The position numbers and the translations under genes were made by a program. The notes under the pieces were generated by a model. That model ran no database searches, was not told where the DNA came from, and saw only the letters and a list, made by a program, of their open reading frames with translations. Positions 27,320 through 29,365 of a DNA stretch of 29,365 nt are shown in pieces; the stretch's first letter is position 1; each line of letters opens with the position of its first letter. Source of the DNA: Candidatus Micrarchaeia archaeon (GTDB lineage Archaea > Micrarchaeota > Micrarchaeia > Micrarchaeales > CABMGC01); contig JBMFIM010000011.1 in NCBI GenBank assembly GCA_049976305.1, positions 1 through 29,365 on the forward strand. Reading direction: 5' to 3'.

Positions 27320-27696
27320 CCCATATGGGGGCATAGCCGAACTTTCTACCTTCGCTTATTTGTTTGGCTTAAATGAGTGATGTTGGATTTTTAATATTTG
27401 CATGAGGCATTTGCAAGCCCAGACTATTTTGGTTTTTCTAATAAGATCTTATCAAACAACTTGAGCTGATTTTTAATATCAATGTCTTCAGCATTGTGGA
27501 ACTTGTTCTTCCAAAGGCGCTTACGCCAAAAGTTACAATTGATATAAAAGACATTTCTGGCGATCTAGAAGTGGCAAAAATACAGCTAAAGGTAATAAAT
27601 AAAGCAGCGGAGAAGTTTTTAGCAGACTTTGTAGCTCCTAAGTTGAATGAGGAATTTAATGCCCCTTATAAATTAGGTAAGGTTAAAATATCTTAG
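27291..27696 (+). pseudogene. Probable frameshifted C-terminal continuation of the 26567 gene
   Basis: Consecutive coding-like pieces in shifting frames: LLYYCHPLDPYGGIAELSTFAYLFGL / MSDVGF / YLHEAFASPDYFGFSNK / DLIKQLELIFNINVFSIVELVLPK...KVKIS*. The last piece has no good start codon of its own. Confidence 0.4.
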
Positions 27697-28230
27697 AATT
27701 TCTAATATTGTTTGAGTATTATTTCTTTTTGATTTAAACTTTTGTTTTTGAACTTTCTTGTTTAGTATATAAAACATACCTTAGAAAGAGATCGTGCAAA
27801 ATAACGCAAATAAACGCGTATTTTTGTCGTCGAAGCGGTACTAGCATAGGCTGCGTCATTAAATTCTTGTCTATGCAGCCGCCTTAACTAAATTTTCAAT
27901 AAAATGAAATGGCATAGTGCATTTTCCATAATAGTGATCAAAAATATGCCCTTCGAGGAAAGGCTTGTGATTTCGAGCGAGTTTTGCCAATTTAGCAAGC
28001 TGGCTTAACCAGCAAGCCCCTTTTTCCATAAATTCGGAAAACAAGGTTTAAGCAAAACAAGCTTTTGTTGCAGAAAAATGAAAAGGAAAATTTGCAAGCC
28101 TATTAAATATTGACTTTTAATTTTATGGAATGATTTAAACAATACCATGGCGATACTAAACTCCATTCTAAAAACTTTAGAGATTTACTAGCATTATTTT
28201 AGAAATGCTCTCAAAATGCAGGCCTCTTAC

Positions 28231-29235
28231 TTATTCTCGTTGCAAAGGCATAATATCTGCGGCATTGCTTAATTGTGCACGCAGCTTTTCGAATTCTTTG
28301 TACAAGTCATAATCTGATATTTCGCCTTTTTCTAGCAAAGAAACCATAAATTTCAAAGTCTCTGCAAAAGACCCGCTTGCTTGATATATTTTTGCAAACA
28401 CATACAAGCCTAGGTCGTACGGGCTTACAGGGCTGATGACCCATTCGCCAGAAACCCTAATTGTAAAAAGAGATTTCCAGCCATAGAAAGAAGCCAATTG
28501 TTCTATTTCAGTGGCGCGCGGTTTTAAGTCTTCTTCAATCGCCTTAGCAATTTTTTCGTTGCCATTGTTTATCAGCGCGTTAGCAAAGTAAAGCTCTACA
28601 AAACTTGCACTGCCTTCTATGAAAATCATGTTGTCCTCTTTCTCTTTTGCTCCATGAGAGTCTTGTATTGCATGCACGCTTTCATGAACAAGCCGGGTAT
28701 AAACGTATATTGCCAAGGCTTCGATGCGATCTTCGAGCTTTTCGCCTATGCTGTACTTGCTCAATACCTTGTCAGGCAGCGTTTCTGCTAAGAGTATGTT
28801 GCCATCACTGCTGGCCAAGCTCTGCAAAACCTTAATAGCCACGTCATCGCCGACCTGGAAATCTTCAAATATTTCCTTTACTAGGGCATCATAATACTGC
28901 TTATTCAGCATTATCCGCTTATTTGAAAAGCTTGCAGCAGCATCGACAGCCGCAACTTCAGCTTCTGGCATTGCTTCTGGAAAACCTATTTTGATTTCGT
29001 TTACTATTCCTATTTCCTTGCCTTCTGCGGTTTCAAACGCTTTGCTTACGTCTTCCAGTGCCTTCTTGCCCACCTGTTCTATAAAACTTTTCGCAAAATC
29101 AGGATCTTTGAAAACAGGCCCGGCCTCTTTTATGCCTATACCCCTTTTATTTAGTTCCTCAGCAATGTTTTTAGCTAGTTCGCTAAGGGCTTCGTGCCCA
29201 ATCTGCTCATCTTTAGGTTTCAGATTTTCTGGCAT
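28231..29235 (-). CDS. Putative zinc metallopeptidase-like protein (gluzincin type), distant paralog of the 26567 gene
   Basis: LVHESVHA (HExxH at 28672-28686), FIEGSASF, PYDLG. TTTTTATA box about 25 nt upstream. Confidence 0.75.
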   Translation of the reverse strand: MPENLKPKDEQIGHEALSELAKNIAEELNKRGIGIKEAGPVFKDPDFAKSFIEQVGKKALEDVSKAFETAEGKEIGIVNEIKIGFPEAMPEAEVAAVDAAASFSNKRIMLNKQYYDALVKEIFEDFQVGDDVAIKVLQSLASSDGNILLAETLPDKVLSKYSIGEKLEDRIEALAIYVYTRLVHESVHAIQDSHGAKEKEDNMIFIEGSASFVELYFANALINNGNEKIAKAIEEDLKPRATEIEQLASFYGWKSLFTIRVSGEWVISPVSPYDLGLYVFAKIYQASGSFAETLKFMVSLLEKGEISDYDLYKEFEKLRAQLSNAADIMPLQRE

Positions 29236-29365
29236 ATTATTATTTTTCGGTTTTCCGGTATAAAAAGATTGGCTTTAGCTCTCTACGCAGACTTTTGTTG
29301 CAATGCGAGCGGTGACTTTGAACAGCAAAGCTAAAAGTAACTTAAAAATGCTGACAGTATTTTAG

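Noticed and set aside
25854..29235. Diversity-generating retroelement acting on the paralogs
   Set aside because: No reverse transcriptase and no near-identical TR/VR pair with A-specific mismatches; the similarity is at protein level only.
648..29263. Numerous antisense or overlapping ORFs in the track (e.g. 648..980, 4077..4508, 8626..9114, 11604..12095, 17239..17742, 23479..24135)
   Set aside because: They are shadows of well-supported genes, mostly on the opposite strand, with Ser/Phe/Leu-rich composition and no motifs.

Overview
Archaeal chromosomal segment, most consistent with a streamlined DPANN genome, probably Micrarchaeota-like. This placement is inferred from the gene set, AGG/ATA-rich codons, TATA boxes about 25-30 nt upstream of ATGs and very tight or overlapping gene packing. 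Positions ~560-23100 are mostly housekeeping. They include RFC small subunit, a short TrmI, DUF72, topoisomerase IA, an EamA/SMR pair, carbamate kinase, a degenerate sugar-phosphate nucleotidyltransferase, LonB, topoisomerase VI A, an orphan VirB11/CpaF ATPase and an alkaline-phosphatase-superfamily enzyme. They also include a CDGSH/Zn-finger/thioredoxin/CcdA redox cluster, a cysteine-synthase-rhodanese fusion, pyrG, a LamG protein, MTA phosphorylase and an MFS phosphate transporter fused to DUF47. From ~23130 to the end is a visibly more AT-rich accessory region. It holds a metallophosphoesterase divergent from an AbiEii/MenT-like nucleotidyltransferase (with a perfect 36-bp in-frame duplication) and three paralogous gluzincin-like (HExxH...E) proteins, one of which has lost its metal ligands. 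The best leads are this accessory region, the MFS-DUF47 fusion and a promoter-hairpin-U-tract small-RNA candidate upstream of lonB. I found no CRISPR array, rRNA, intact tRNA, integrase or transposase. All product calls come from motif recognition by eye; no searches were run.
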